A stretch of 62,856 bases of DNA, the filler included. It is 5 parts of 5 records of this genome, joined end to end, with 100 filler letters (N's around TTAATTAATTAA, not from the genome) between each part and the next. Parts side by side here need not be neighbours in the genome. Positions count along the whole stretch, not along the records: positions 1 to 26,541 come from SRR2962707_2300; 4 more parts are not named here. One strand, given 5' to 3'. The notes under the pieces are model-generated. The model was not told the origin of the DNA and did not search any database. It saw only the letters and a list, made by a program, of their open reading frames with translations. The translations under genes and the position numbers were made by a program. Shown piece after piece: positions 10,212 through 19,374 of this stretch; positions within the stretch are counted from its first letter, which is position 1; every line of letters starts with the position of its first letter.

Positions 10212-10316
10212 GAAAGAGACGGGCAAGGCTCGCAAAGAGCCGGTCACCCGACATAGAGCCCGTGACAGGCTGGATCAAGGCGAAGGCAGGTTAAAACCGC
10301 TCACCCCTTCGTGAGC

Positions 10317-10802
10317 CTACCGGATGACGAGTGCAGTCAGGGTCAAGCCCGAGGCGAGCAGGCAGGCCACAGTTCGCAGGCTGTTCAAATTCACCCAGCG
10401 GGTCATGTAGGTCTGTTTCCAGAAAGCAAGCGTCTGCGTTGCCGCCGGATCCATCGCGGCCAGCTGGTTGTTGAGCGGCACATTGCCAGCTGCGGTGAGT
10501 GCGAAAACGCCGACGAGGTAAAGACCAGCAGCCAGCATCAGCAGAAGCCGGGGCATGCCTTCAACATAGGCCAGGGCATAGACGGCGATGATCAGCGACA
10601 CCAGCGTCAGCCCCATGAACAGGACCATGAACACCGAGCGCATGATCTCGACATTGAGGACCTGCATGGATTCAATCCCGCCCTGACCGGTGACCAGATT
10701 GAACGAACGCATGAGGAAATCGGAGAAGGCCAGAAACACACCACCGATGGCGGCATAGGCGAGAACGGATGCTGCACAGAGCAAAATGAACCAGAGAGAC
10801 AT
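10317..10802 (-). CDS. DUF1772 / anthrone oxygenase-like membrane protein
   Basis: GGVFLAFSDFLM, SMQVLN, GNVPLNNQL, W..RW...N..RT motifs with 4 TM helices. Confidence 0.8.
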   Translation of the reverse strand: MSLWFILLCAASVLAYAAIGGVFLAFSDFLMRSFNLVTGQGGIESMQVLNVEIMRSVFMVLFMGLTLVSLIIAVYALAYVEGMPRLLLMLAAGLYLVGVFALTAAGNVPLNNQLAAMDPAATQTLAFWKQTYMTRWVNLNSLRTVACLLASGLTLTALVIR

Positions 10803-10889
10803 GAGATCTGCTTTCAGGTTAAGGGCCTCGTGGCCCCGAAGGTTTGGGACAATGAGCGGCGGGCGGCCATTCGGACCGCCCGTCGATGC

Positions 10890-11285
10890 TCAGGCGGGTT
10901 TGCGCGCTGCAATCAGCGCTGCCAGGCCTGAGAGACCGATCACCAGTTCGGCGATCATGGCGGTCACCATGCCTGCATCGGTTTGCCCGTCAAGGCCGAG
11001 GCTCAGGAGCCGCGTCGCGCCATAGGCCGTGAACATGGCTGCGGCGAGCAAGGTGGAGGCAAGCGCAAACCTGGCAAAGGCAAGCCCCGACAGGGTAAGG
11101 ACGCCGAGCATCACGACGCTGCCGCCCGAGGCGCGCAGTTCGTTGGTCAGGCTTACATTACCGGGAAGCGAGATGCCGTAAGCCGCATAGAAAGCATCCG
11201 GCGAGGTCAAAATGGATCCACCGATGAAGATGGCGGTGAGGCCTGCAATCAGCAGAACGGCTTTTTGAAAGATAGAGGGTTTCAC
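10890..11285 (-). CDS. DUF4345-like small membrane protein
   Basis: 4 TM helices with NELRASGG and RLLSLGLDG motifs. AAGGAG RBS. Confidence 0.7.
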   Translation of the reverse strand: MKPSIFQKAVLLIAGLTAIFIGGSILTSPDAFYAAYGISLPGNVSLTNELRASGGSVVMLGVLTLSGLAFARFALASTLLAAAMFTAYGATRLLSLGLDGQTDAGMVTAMIAELVIGLSGLAALIAARKPA

Positions 11286-11318
11286 GGAATTGCTCCTTGT
11301 TGAAGTTCCGGGCGCCGA

Positions 11319-12146
11319 TCAGGCCGCCTTTTTCCAGACACCGCTGGCTGCGGCTGTGCGGCAGAAATCGGCGAAATCACGCGGCTCGCGCCCCAGTGCG
11401 CGCTGCACGCCGTCGGTGAGGTAGGCATTGTGGCCGTCGAGAGTTTCGCGGCAGATCTCGGTGAAGACATCGGCCACCACCTGTCCGCCAATGCCGAGCA
11501 TGGCGGCATGGAACTGCTCGAGCGTGATCGGCATATACTGGACCGGGATCCCAGCAGCGGCGGAGATTTCGGCTGAGGCTTCGGCGAAGCTCAACAGTCG
11601 CGGACCGGTGATTTCGTAAAGTTCGCCATTGTGGCGGTCATCGGTGAGCGCCGCCACGGCAACATCCGCGATATCATCGACATCGGCAATCGGCTCCTTC
11701 ACGTCGCCTGCGGGCAGCGCAACCATGCCATCGAGCACCGGACCTTGCAGGTAGCCTTCGGAAAAGTTCTGGGCAAACCAGGCAGCGCGGACAAGCGTGA
11801 ACTCCAGACCGGAATTGCGAACAATGTCCTCGCAGTGGCGGGCGTGTGCCTCTCCCCTGCCCGACAGCAGGACCAGCTTGCGAACACCGGCTGCAGTGGC
11901 GGCTTTGGTCAGGGCTTCGATCTTTTCCGCAGCACCCGGAAAGGCGAGATCGGGGAAATAGGAGACATAGGCCGTGGCGACCCCTGCAAGTGCTGCAGTC
12001 CAGGTTTCAGGCTTGTCCCAGTCGAATGGCACGAGCGAGTTGCGCGATCCGGGGCGCACCACAAAGCCCTTCTGGGTCAACAGCTTGACGATGCGGCTTC
12101 CGGTCTTGCCGGTTGATCCGATAACGAGGATGGGTTGGTTGTGCAT
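11319..12146 (-). CDS. NmrA-like NAD(P)H-binding protein
   Basis: ILVIGSTGKTG Rossmann motif, WFAQNFSEG, DVDDIA. AAGGAG RBS before ATG 12146. Confidence 0.88.
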   Translation of the reverse strand: MHNQPILVIGSTGKTGSRIVKLLTQKGFVVRPGSRNSLVPFDWDKPETWTAALAGVATAYVSYFPDLAFPGAAEKIEALTKAATAAGVRKLVLLSGRGEAHARHCEDIVRNSGLEFTLVRAAWFAQNFSEGYLQGPVLDGMVALPAGDVKEPIADVDDIADVAVAALTDDRHNGELYEITGPRLLSFAEASAEISAAAGIPVQYMPITLEQFHAAMLGIGGQVVADVFTEICRETLDGHNAYLTDGVQRALGREPRDFADFCRTAAASGVWKKAA

Positions 12147-12282
12147 GAGAAGCTCCTTGGGCTTGATTGTCGGTGAGCAAGACCTAAGCCCGCACATCTG
12201 GATGAACAATGATTGTAAATCCTCGTTTATATGCAGATCGTCCAGTTCAATGGACATTCCGCAAATATTTCGCTAATGGGGA

Positions 12283-13290
12283 GTGATGACAAAACCTGAT
12301 CCGACCATCCCCCTGACTTCCGATCCGCTGGCCGAAACGCTGCATATGCTGCGGCTGACCGGGACACTGTATTGCCGTGGCGAGCTGACCGCGCCCTGGG
12401 CCATCGCCATTCCACAGCTCGAAGGCGTGATGATTTTCCTGGTCGTGACGTCCGGATCGTGCTGGCTGCAGCTTGAAGGCAAGGAGCCGCGGCTGCTGTC
12501 GCAGGGCTGCCTGGCGCTGATCCCGCACGGTCTGCCGCACACGATTTCGAGTGCAGCGGGGCTTGAGGGAGACCCGTTGTTTGACCTGCCGGTGGAAAAA
12601 GTCAGCGAGCGCTACGAAATCATGCGCCATGGCGGCGGCGGCGAGCTGACCCGCACCATGTATGGCGTGGTGCGATTTGACGATGTCGCGGCCGAGCATC
12701 TGCTGAGGCTGCTGCCGGAGATCATCAACATCGATGCCTGGGATGACCAGACCGGCGGCTGGCTGCAAAGCACGCTGCGGTTTATCGCCAGCGAGGCCGC
12801 ATCGCTGAAGCCCGGCGGCGAAACCGTGATCACCCGGCTGTCGGATGTGGTGGTGATCCAGGCGATCCGTTCCTGGCTTGAAACAGCGCCCACCGCCGAG
12901 ACCGGATGGCTGGCAGCCCTTCGCGATCCGCAGATCGGCAAAGCACTGGCGCTGATGCACCGGCGGCCCGGCGAAGACTGGAGCGTGGATACGCTGGCGG
13001 TTCAGGTCGGCATGTCGCGCTCGGCCTTTGCGGCGCGATTTGCCAATCTGGTGGGGCAGACGCCGCTGCGCTATCTCACCGAATGGCGCATGCGGGTGGC
13101 GCGCAGCCGGTTGATCGACACGTCAGATGCGCTGGCGGCCATATCAGGAGATCTTGGGTATCAGTCAGAGGCGGCGTTCTGCCGGGCGTTCAAGCGCACA
13201 TTCGGAAAACCGCCGGGCAGCATTCGCCGCGCAGAGCCCGGCCGTGCAGGACCCGTTTACAGCGTACCGCAAGCGGCCAAGGCAGGCTGA
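12283..13290 (+). CDS. AraC family regulator with cupin_6 domain
   Basis: DPLAETL N-terminus, GWLAALRDP, C-terminal double HTH (MSRSAFAARF; GYQSEAAFCRAFKR). Divergent from the NmrA operon. Confidence 0.92.
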   Translation: MMTKPDPTIPLTSDPLAETLHMLRLTGTLYCRGELTAPWAIAIPQLEGVMIFLVVTSGSCWLQLEGKEPRLLSQGCLALIPHGLPHTISSAAGLEGDPLFDLPVEKVSERYEIMRHGGGGELTRTMYGVVRFDDVAAEHLLRLLPEIINIDAWDDQTGGWLQSTLRFIASEAASLKPGGETVITRLSDVVVIQAIRSWLETAPTAETGWLAALRDPQIGKALALMHRRPGEDWSVDTLAVQVGMSRSAFAARFANLVGQTPLRYLTEWRMRVARSRLIDTSDALAAISGDLGYQSEAAFCRAFKRTFGKPPGSIRRAEPGRAGPVYSVPQAAKAG

Positions 13291-13326
13291 ATCCAGGCTT
13301 ACCGAAAGCTGCCTGAAGGTTCTGGC

Positions 13327-14331
13327 TCAGGCCAGATTGCCTGCTGGCCGGATGCGGCCGACTTCGGTGCCCTTCCAGTTCTTGAGGCTCTTTTCAGACC
13401 AGTCAGCGAGCTTTGTCGACACTTCTGCGTCGTCGCTGAACAGTTTGGCCAACACGCCGCCGATCATCGCCTCGGCGCCGCGAGTGGAGCCGTCTTCGCA
13501 TTTGAGCGCAATGCCATAGCCTTTTTCGGGAATGGTCGCGCAGAAAACGCCCTCGGCGCCGGTCTTGGCAAAAATCCGGCCCGGTGCAATCTGCATGAGG
13601 GCGGTGCAGGCGCGGCCGGTGCCTGCGACATACCAGGGCTCGGCCATACAGGCCGACATCAAGCGTTTGGCAGCCTTGGCCCGCTCGGGACCGAGACCTG
13701 TGCCGGACGCCATGCGGGCAAACCCATGCGCGATCCTGTTCAAGGGGGCTGCGTAGGTGGGGATCGAGCAGCCGTCGATGCCGCAATTGTCATGACCCAG
13801 TGCGGTGCCGGTGAGATCGGACATCACGTCGCGGACCGAAGCCTGGACGAAATGATCGTAGTCGACATAGCCGTGGTGATCGACGCCCGCATGGCAGGAC
13901 AGGCAGAGAAAGCCTGCGTGTTTGCCCGAGCAATTGTTGCCAAGCTGGTCTGGCTTGTCACCGGCGCGCACCTGGTCGATCATCACTTTCGGCTCGAAAC
14001 TCCAGTGGCAGCCGCACTCGAAATCGGCTTCGCCCAACCCTGCGCGGGCGACGATCTCGCCGGCCAGTTGCATATGTCCCGGCTCGCCGGAATGCGATGA
14101 GCAGGCAAGCGCCAACTCCTTATCGCCCAGGCCGTAGCGGTCAGCGGCGCCAGTCTCGACCAGCGGCAGCGCCTGCATCGACTTGACCGCCGAGCGCGCA
14201 AACACCGGGGTCTCGACTTCGCCAAGGCTCATGACCACCGATCCGTCGCCATCAACCACCACGGCCATGCCGCGATGTCGGCTTTCGACGATTTGTCCGC
14301 GGGTGACTTCAACAAGGACGGGATTGGACAT
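13327..14331 (-). CDS. ansA: Rhizobium etli-type (class 3) L-asparaginase
   Basis: RSAVK, CSSHSGE, NNCSGKH, DGCSIP and KTGAEG signature motifs. Confidence 0.9.
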   Translation of the reverse strand: MSNPVLVEVTRGQIVESRHRGMAVVVDGDGSVVMSLGEVETPVFARSAVKSMQALPLVETGAADRYGLGDKELALACSSHSGEPGHMQLAGEIVARAGLGEADFECGCHWSFEPKVMIDQVRAGDKPDQLGNNCSGKHAGFLCLSCHAGVDHHGYVDYDHFVQASVRDVMSDLTGTALGHDNCGIDGCSIPTYAAPLNRIAHGFARMASGTGLGPERAKAAKRLMSACMAEPWYVAGTGRACTALMQIAPGRIFAKTGAEGVFCATIPEKGYGIALKCEDGSTRGAEAMIGGVLAKLFSDDAEVSTKLADWSEKSLKNWKGTEVGRIRPAGNLA

Positions 14332-14472
14332 GGTACGATTCCTGGCAGTGGTGTTTTGCTGGCGAACGGCCTTGGCGGCCGATTGATTGGGTGAGTGATC
14401 GCAGAAGCCGGCGCGGCGGGCAAGAGGCGCGGAGACAGCCGACGCGGTGTCTGCGGCAAAAAACTGCTTTCG

Positions 14473-14991
14473 TCAGCCCAAGCGCGCGAGCAGGCTTGTG
14501 AGCTGGTCACGCTCCTGCTGGCTGAGATCCGCGAGCAGGGCCTCCTCGGTTTTCAGATGGGTTTCCACTGCCATGTCAGCCAGCGCCCTGCCCTCAAGGG
14601 TCAAGGCCACGCGCAGCACCCGACGGTCATCAGGATCGGCGTGCCGCTGCACCAGTCCGCGCTTGACCAGCCGGTCGATGCGGTTGGTCATGGCAGGTGG
14701 GGACATCATCATGTCGCGCGCCAGTTCGCCGGGTGTCAGCGCAATGCCCTGCTGCTGCTCGCCACCCTGCCGCCGCAGGGTCAGCAGCACGTCGAAGCCT
14801 GCCATGTCGAGATCATAGTGCTTTAGATTGGTTTCAACCGCTCGCATCGCAATCTGGCTGGTGCGCCAGAGCTGGCCGATCACCGCCATCGGACGGCAGT
14901 CGAGATCCGGCCGGGCGGCGCGCCACTGCGCCAGGATGCCGGCAATCGTCGATCCGGGTTTGCTCTGTTTGCCTGGGTCTTGTTGCGTCAT
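14473..14991 (-). CDS. pecS: MarR family regulator, PecS/UrtR type
   Basis: QW...RPDLD N-helix, FDVLLTLRR, TNRIDRL, DRR wing. Divergent from an EamA gene. Confidence 0.8.
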   Translation of the reverse strand: MTQQDPGKQSKPGSTIAGILAQWRAARPDLDCRPMAVIGQLWRTSQIAMRAVETNLKHYDLDMAGFDVLLTLRRQGGEQQQGIALTPGELARDMMMSPPAMTNRIDRLVKRGLVQRHADPDDRRVLRVALTLEGRALADMAVETHLKTEEALLADLSQQERDQLTSLLARLG

Positions 14992-15038
14992 GGTTTCCCC
15001 GCATCATCCTGGATCTTGCAATCAGATCGAAATCAATT

Positions 15039-15058
15039 ATATTTCGACGTGGAAATAT
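15039..15058. promoter_or_regulatory. PecS-type palindromic operator
   Basis: ATATTTCGACGTGGAAATAT, a 20-bp palindrome with one mismatched pair, in the pecS-pecM intergenic region. Confidence 0.75.
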
Positions 15059-15088
15059 TACTCATCAAACAAACAATAGCGATTCCGC

Positions 15089-15931
15089 ATGCTGCGCACA
15101 ATCCTGATTACATTGCTGGGGCCAATGCTGTGGGGCACCACCTATGCGGTGTTCACCGAAACCCTGCCGGTCGACCATCCGCTGCTCACCGGAGCGATGC
15201 GCGCGCTGCCTGCCGGGCTGATCCTGCTGATGCTCAATCCGCGCATCCCGCCGCTGGCTGCCCTGAAGCGGCATGCGGTGATCGGATTTACCAATATCGG
15301 GCTGTTTTTCGGGTTGTTGTTTGTCGCGGCAGCGCGGATGCCGGGCGGCCTTGCGGCAACTCTGGGCGCAATCCAGCCGCTGATTGTGGTGCTGATTTCG
15401 GCCTGGCTGGTTGGACGTGCACCGCATCCGGTACAGATCCTGGCGGGCATTGCAGGCGTCATCGGCGTCGGCCTGCTGGTGCTGTCGCCGGAGGCCGACC
15501 CGGACCCGATCGGCGTTGCAGCGGCAATCGGCGGGGCGCTGGCGATGTCAACGGGCACCATCCTGATTGATCGCTGGGGACGCATGGGAACCCCGCTCGA
15601 AACCACCACCTGGCAGTTGATCTTCGGAGGCGCGATGCTGTTGCCGGTGGCGCTGATGGTCGAAGGCCTGCCCCCCGCGCCGGGACTGACCGAGGCGCTG
15701 GGTTATGGCTGGCTGATGCTGTTGGGCACCGCATTCGCCTATTACGTCTGGACCCGCGGCATCGGCAAGATCGGCCCGAGCGCCATCTATCTGGCGCTGG
15801 CCAGCCCGGTGGTAGCGACTGCGGTTGGCGCGATAGCACTGGGTGAATGGTTCAACCCGCTGCAATGGGCCGGCATGGCACTGGTGATCGGCGCCACAGT
15901 TGTGGGCGTCTCGATCGGACGGCGGAGGTGA
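15089..15931 (+). CDS. pecM: EamA/DMT exporter, PecM-like
   Basis: PMLWGTTY, RALPAG, RMPGGLAATLGAIQPL, about 10 TM helices. Confidence 0.82.
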   Translation: MLRTILITLLGPMLWGTTYAVFTETLPVDHPLLTGAMRALPAGLILLMLNPRIPPLAALKRHAVIGFTNIGLFFGLLFVAAARMPGGLAATLGAIQPLIVVLISAWLVGRAPHPVQILAGIAGVIGVGLLVLSPEADPDPIGVAAAIGGALAMSTGTILIDRWGRMGTPLETTTWQLIFGGAMLLPVALMVEGLPPAPGLTEALGYGWLMLLGTAFAYYVWTRGIGKIGPSAIYLALASPVVATAVGAIALGEWFNPLQWAGMALVIGATVVGVSIGRRR

Positions 15932-16103
15932 CTCGTCTTCCAAGGCTTGCCGCACCGCATCCGGCGAACAATTGGCGGTCGGAGATTGGTTTGATATGAT
16001 CTGGCGATGCGGCAAACGGTCACCGTCACACAAAACCGCGATGGCCTGTTTTTACTTCAGCCGCGTTCTCTTCATCCGTCCGCTGCGCGAGTGAGGGCGG
16101 CAC

Positions 16104-17370
16104 TCAGATGGAGGGAACACCCAGTGGCAGGTTCGTGTATCCTGCCGCGACAATCCACGCCGCAGCCAATGACAGAATTATGCCGGGAACAATCCGCAGT
16201 GCGAATGCAGTTGAGCCGGCGCTTATGGCCATTATGGTCTTGGCCGTTGCGTTGGTGCTCAAAGCTGCAAGAATCGGAAACACAGCCTGTTGCGGCAACA
16301 ATTGCCCGGAGACCACCAGTGAGGCTGCGGAAACCGAGGCGGAATGTGCATCGACGATCCCTGCAAGCGCCAGGCCTGCGATGACGCCAATTTCGCCAAA
16401 CCAGCTTTTCAATGCAGCTACGGCGACAAGCATGAATGTCATCGTTCCCGCCAGGACCAATGCGGTTTTTGCGCTGAACGCACGTCCCGGCTCGGATGAT
16501 GCCGGCTCCTTTGAGCGGAAAGCGGTCAGGGTAAAGGCGAGGCCATAAATTGCTGCCGTCGCGCCCCCGGCAACAAGCGACCCTTTGAGCATCGCAAATG
16601 TCGCAGGGCTGACCACAAAAAGCAGGAAACCAAGCTGCAAAAAATGTCGCCACCGTGGACAATGCGGCTCCGGACACTGCTGCTTCAAGGGCTGCCGGTT
16701 GCTTTTTCGAACGGCCTGCCATCGCACCGATGGTTGCCAGACTGGATACGAATCCTGAGGCAAACCCGGCGACGGGCAAACCGAAGCGCATTCCAAGCAT
16801 CCGCATGGCGATATGCCCGCATGCGCCGATGGCGAGGATGAGCACAACCAGCAGCCATACCTTGTGCGGATTTATGGCCTGCATCGGCCCAAGAAAACGG
16901 TCCGGCAGCAAAGGCCAGATGACCAGCGTGACAATCGCAAAAATCAGCCCGTCGCCAACTTCCCCATCGGTCAGAACGCCTTTTACAAAACGGTGAATCG
17001 GTGCTTTCGCCGCAAGCAGAACGGCAACGCAGGCCGCAAGGGCGCTGGCGATCAATGTGTCCGACATGGCAAGCCCGCCCAGCAGCGGCGTCAGTACGAG
17101 CCCAATTTCCGTTGTCAGTCCCGGGTCCTGCCTGCTGCCCTTGAGGTAGGAAAGCGCTGTCAAAACCGTCGCAGCGACGAAGACGAGCGCCAGTAGAGTG
17201 ATGCCACCCACGTGAACCGCAACGGCGCCCAGCAGCGAAGCCAGCGCGAAGGTGCGAATTCCTGCGGCACGGCGCATCGGACCCTCGCCCTTGGTGCGTT
17301 CGCGCTCAACGCCGATCAGCAGGCCGATGGCCAGGGCGACGGTAAAATTGATCCAGGGAGGCGGCAGCAT
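16104..17370 (-). pseudogene. MgtC/SapB-DUF4010 membrane protein, split by a one-base frameshift
   Basis: The N-half (LIGVERE, AGIRTF, GLTTE, GFVSS) is in ORF 16072..17370 and the C-half (GIVDAHSA, NATAK) in ORF 16104..16847. Removing one base from the A6 run at 16639-16644 joins them (STVATF-LQLGFLL). Confidence 0.8.
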
Positions 17371-17623
17371 TTATCCCAGCCCGTTATCCGGCATTCCCCT
17401 TACGGCCTACCTTTGGCTCAAGGTTACGGGCAATGAAGATAGAGGTACAAGCGTTTTCTATTTGCCTCCCGCGAGGGAAACGGATTTCCATATAGATGGC
17501 GACCGCATTACCGTCCGGCACCAATCCCCGCCCCCCTGTCGACGGTGTGGCGACCCGCAATCAGCGGTGTGTCGAGCGACCATGGATGAACCACCGGGCG
17601 TGACAACAGCCCGGCCGCACTGA

Positions 17624-17881
17624 TCAGGCCACGGCGTTCTCCTGGACCAGTTCACCGATCGCCGCAAACGTATCAATTTGCGCGATCTCGAAATCGGGAT
17701 CGCTGAGGTCGATGCCGAACTGGCTTTCCAGCGTCATGAGAAGATCGACCGCGGCAAGTGAATCCAGTTTTCCACTGTCAAAAAGCGATTCCGTGTCATC
17801 AAACTCCGGCGCATGGCCGCGATCAACGAGAATGTTCGAGATTGTATCCCGAACGCTCTGCAGGTTTTCATGGTGCATCAA
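17624..17881 (-). CDS. Acyl/aminoacyl carrier protein (DltC-like)
   Basis: Acidic 85-aa protein with LFDSGKLDSL phosphopantetheine-attachment motif and LESQFGI. Confidence 0.88.
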   Translation of the reverse strand: MMHHENLQSVRDTISNILVDRGHAPEFDDTESLFDSGKLDSLAAVDLLMTLESQFGIDLSDPDFEIAQIDTFAAIGELVQENAVA

Positions 17882-19374
17882 CTCACTCCAAACAAACTGA
17901 CAAAAAAGGTGAACCGGTCGCTGAGCGGGATGAGACCTGAAGAATCATCGAAGATCTGCAGCAAACCGAAGAACCCGAGAACGATGACGCGCGGCAGCAC
18001 CTCGTAACGGAACACGCCGTCTTCCGGTTTCGGCTTGGTCTGATAGAGCTGAGACCAGATGATCCCCAGCGTCAGCCCGCCGGCGTAGACGGTGTAGGAA
18101 TAGAAATTGTCGATTGTGGCGGCAAAGCCATCAATGCCGAATGCAGGGGCGTCGCTGATGACGTCGAAGAGAATATTGCCGACGAAGGCCGCCATGAAGG
18201 TTGCAAAGGCGATGCGCAGCCGGGGATGCTTCTTGAAGCAGCGCTGAAAGGTCGGAAAGAAGAAGAAGTCCGACAGCAGCTCTTTGAAATAGAACAGGTA
18301 TTTGCCCCAGTATTCCGAAATCGTCCTCGATCCCAGCGGCTTGACCATGCCGCGCGGGATGCCGAACCCGGCCATACGGATGACGGCGACGAGCGCATGG
18401 ACGACAGCGCCGACGACCAGGACACGCTCAAGGAAGTGAATTGCGACCACGGTCCAGCTGAGCGCAAGAGAAGCCGATCCGCTCGCTGAGACGGTTTTCA
18501 AGTGCTGTTCAAAGTGCGGCAGACCAAGGCCTGCATGAACGAACTGCTTGAAAACAATCTCGCCGGTCCAGAACAGGATGACGGCCCAAACCGCCAGTTT
18601 CAGCCCCTTGAGCCGGGTCACGGCCAAGGCAGCTGCGTCACGCGCCTCGAACTTGGACAAATAGCCAGGCCCCTTGATCGGAACCACACTGTCAGCCCAA
18701 AACGGCCTGACGTAGCCGAGCAAGGTTGTGTTTGCCATCCTGCCCTTCTGTCGAGCGGCCATCAGAATGTATCCGATGAAAAAGAAGGCCGATGACAGAT
18801 AGGCGACCAGAAGCCATGCGAAGGCAAACACCCCATGATCTTGCGGAACAAGAACGGTGATTGCAGTCAAAGCAGTGCCAACGAAGAGCAGGCTCAAAAC
18901 CGGACGCTCGGCGACGATGGCAATTGATTTTCGGCGCTGGTTTTCAATCAGCAGCAGGATCAAGGCGAAAAAAGCAACGCTGCATACAATCATGCCGGCC
19001 TGTGCATTGGCGCCCAGCAGGCCAATGCCCGACCATATCTCGCCAAAATTGTTGTAATGGAATTCGTTTCTGAATGGCCGCAGAAGGAAAAACACAATCC
19101 CCATGCCGGCGAACACCATGCCGCGACGCGCGGGTAAAAGGGCGGCGAGCACCAGGGTTATGGCAATAAGAGCCATGTGCTTGGTTCGGATTACAGGCAG
19201 GGTGGCAAGGGCAAGCAGGAAAGCACCATGCACGACCGCTATACCGGTTTTCGACTGGGCCCATTCGACCACGCGAGCATTCTGGTCCATCGACAGCCAG
19301 AGCTGGCGAAGCGTAAGCGGACTGAACCAGGGAACCGGCCTTGCCGGCGGGGTCTGCAGATCAACTGCAGTCAT
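17878..19374 (-). CDS. MBOAT-like polytopic membrane protein (DltB-like position)
   Basis: Many TM helices, RMAGF and P..SRTISEYWGKY...LSDFFFFP resembling the MBOAT core. ATGA overlaps with both neighbours. Confidence 0.65.
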   Translation of the reverse strand: MTAVDLQTPPARPVPWFSPLTLRQLWLSMDQNARVVEWAQSKTGIAVVHGAFLLALATLPVIRTKHMALIAITLVLAALLPARRGMVFAGMGIVFFLLRPFRNEFHYNNFGEIWSGIGLLGANAQAGMIVCSVAFFALILLLIENQRRKSIAIVAERPVLSLLFVGTALTAITVLVPQDHGVFAFAWLLVAYLSSAFFFIGYILMAARQKGRMANTTLLGYVRPFWADSVVPIKGPGYLSKFEARDAAALAVTRLKGLKLAVWAVILFWTGEIVFKQFVHAGLGLPHFEQHLKTVSASGSASLALSWTVVAIHFLERVLVVGAVVHALVAVIRMAGFGIPRGMVKPLGSRTISEYWGKYLFYFKELLSDFFFFPTFQRCFKKHPRLRIAFATFMAAFVGNILFDVISDAPAFGIDGFAATIDNFYSYTVYAGGLTLGIIWSQLYQTKPKPEDGVFRYEVLPRVIVLGFFGLLQIFDDSSGLIPLSDRFTFFVSLFGVS

